Of a DNA stretch of 20,000 nt, positions 18,545-20,000 are shown piece by piece (within the stretch, counting starts at the first letter, position 1; the number at the start of each line of letters is the position of its first letter). This DNA comes from Eremomyces bilateralis CBS 781.70 (lineage: Eukaryota). The notes below the pieces were generated by a model, which had not been told where the DNA came from, did not search any database, and was given only the letters and a program-made list of their open reading frames with translations. Location: the NCBI GenBank assembly GCA_010015585.1, contig ML975164.1, one strand, 5' to 3'. The position numbers and the translations under genes are program-made.

Positions 18545-19756
18545 ATGTCTTCCGGCGTTCCGCAGAAATCGACAACTTGGATCGACCATAATGTTAAACC
18601 AATGGACTGTGGTTTTCGATACGATGCTTTGTCACAGGAGAAGTCTTTTCGACTCCTCAAGTTGCTTCCGTCGTCCGATACCTCGTCTCCCATTATCTGC
18701 ACCATGTCTGAGCAGCGCATAGACGACTCAATTAAGAAGTATACCGCGCTCTCTTACACATGGGGTAACATACAGGATAAAAAAGAAATCATCCTGAATG
18801 GCCGTCCGGCTCTTGTCACGCAGAACTTGCATATGGCGCTCCAACAAATTCGTCATATGCCTGGAATGCTTGGAGCTATCCTTCAACCCCTTTCCCTCTG
18901 GATTGATGCTCTCTGCATAAATCAACAGGATAAGAATGAAAAGGCTGTCCAGATTGGGTACATGCATCAGATATTCGCCAATGCTCAGTGGGTTGTAGCG
19001 TGGCTAGGGCCAGAAGGAGATGAAAGCGGGGCAATAATGGACGTAATCAACCAGGGAAACTCCATTGATGTGGGGTCTATTCCGGCTCCCGCTCTGCTGT
19101 CATTCTTAAGTCGATCATGGTGGACAAGGGCCTGGGTTCTGCAAGAGTGTATGGCAGCATCAGCAGCATCATTCATGTGGTTGGTTTGCGGATCGTCGTC
19201 CACCGCCTTTATACATGTTTTCGCCTTCATCAACGAGGTGTTAATGTACATTGATAGACAGTCGTACTCTATCGGGCGGACGACACTGCGAGAGGCGTTA
19301 TCGTTCCGGTGGCACCTCTTCATGAACCTTGAAAGATACCAGAAAGAGCAAGGCATTCCCCTCTTCGACATTATAAAGCTTTCCAGCAAGTTAGAGGCTA
19401 CAGATTCGAGAGACAAAATATTTGCACTCCTGGGCCTTGTCGATGGCCAAACGAAGTCCCAAATACGGCCGGACTATACCTTATCCCCCTGCGAGATCTT
19501 CTGCAAAGCGATCCGAGTCATGGCGAAGGATACGGAAAGGTCCTCCAATATTCTTAAGAAAATTAAGGACTTTGAAGATATTAGAAACAGAGGTCATCAG
19601 CCATTGATAGAAAACGTCCATGAGCGGCTGCAGTGTGATGGGGTTGCTTGCGCTTCTAAGTATCTATGCTTTGATCTACCCAACTGGGTTAGTGGTGATG
19701 TACCGGATCTCGTTGGTTATTTCATCATGGGTCTCCAAGATCCGAAGACAATATGA
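18545..19756 (+). CDS. HET-domain (heterokaryon incompatibility, HET-6-like) protein, 403 aa, intronless
   Basis: FRLLKL, YTALSYTWG, VTQNLHMAL, LWIDALCINQQDKNEKAVQIGYMHQIFANA..VVAWLG, WWTRAWVLQE, ATDSRDKIFALLGL and PDY. Confidence 0.95.
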   Translation: MSSGVPQKSTTWIDHNVKPMDCGFRYDALSQEKSFRLLKLLPSSDTSSPIICTMSEQRIDDSIKKYTALSYTWGNIQDKKEIILNGRPALVTQNLHMALQQIRHMPGMLGAILQPLSLWIDALCINQQDKNEKAVQIGYMHQIFANAQWVVAWLGPEGDESGAIMDVINQGNSIDVGSIPAPALLSFLSRSWWTRAWVLQECMAASAASFMWLVCGSSSTAFIHVFAFINEVLMYIDRQSYSIGRTTLREALSFRWHLFMNLERYQKEQGIPLFDIIKLSSKLEATDSRDKIFALLGLVDGQTKSQIRPDYTLSPCEIFCKAIRVMAKDTERSSNILKKIKDFEDIRNRGHQPLIENVHERLQCDGVACASKYLCFDLPNWVSGDVPDLVGYFIMGLQDPKTI

Positions 19757-19929
19757 GATGATAACAAATGAGGCCGATCACCTACCCGCTGCAGTACACA
19801 GTTTATGTTGACATGGCTGTCTTCAACGACAAGCTATTGTCTTGTTTCCAACCTGTGTGGAACTTGATGCCTCAGGCATCAAGATCCTTTGATGTTTGCG
19901 TGCATCAGTAGCGGAACTTGCAGGGGCCA

Positions 19930-19966
19930 ATCAACGGTGGATCAACGGTTGAATGGAATCAACGGT
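19930..19966 (+). repeat. Short imperfect repeat, ATCAACGGT x3
   Basis: Copies at 19930-19938, 19941-19949 and 19958-19966. Confidence 0.8.
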
Positions 19967-20000
19967 GGATGGATGGTTGAATCTTGGACGACGTATAGAA

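Overview
Intron-containing eukaryotic DNA, almost certainly from a filamentous ascomycete (short GT-AG introns with CTRAC branch points, RIP-like TAG stops, HET and NACHT-WD40 genes). Five genes look intact: a secreted class-3 lipase (+), an HSL-like alpha/beta hydrolase (+), DPH7/RRT2 (-), allantoinase DAL1 (-) and an intronless HET-domain gene (+). Decayed accessory DNA lies between them: a Mutator-like transposase remnant, a RecQ-like helicase fragment, a HET-E-like NACHT-WD40 NLR pseudogene and a LINE 3' end. Three observations stand out. (1) A family of large non-coding elements with dense, G.U-compatible pairing on the + strand sits next to accessory ORFs. Two copies (about 1330-1570 and 17400-18490) are colinearly homologous, keep the same hairpins with different stem sequences and end in the same 21-mer; a diverged third copy of that motif follows the lipase. 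(2) The lipase gene is enclosed by a 21-bp long-range duplex. (3) The NLR has a first exon, missed by the ORF track, that encodes a candidate amyloid signalling motif. All RNA structures were read by eye and need computational validation.
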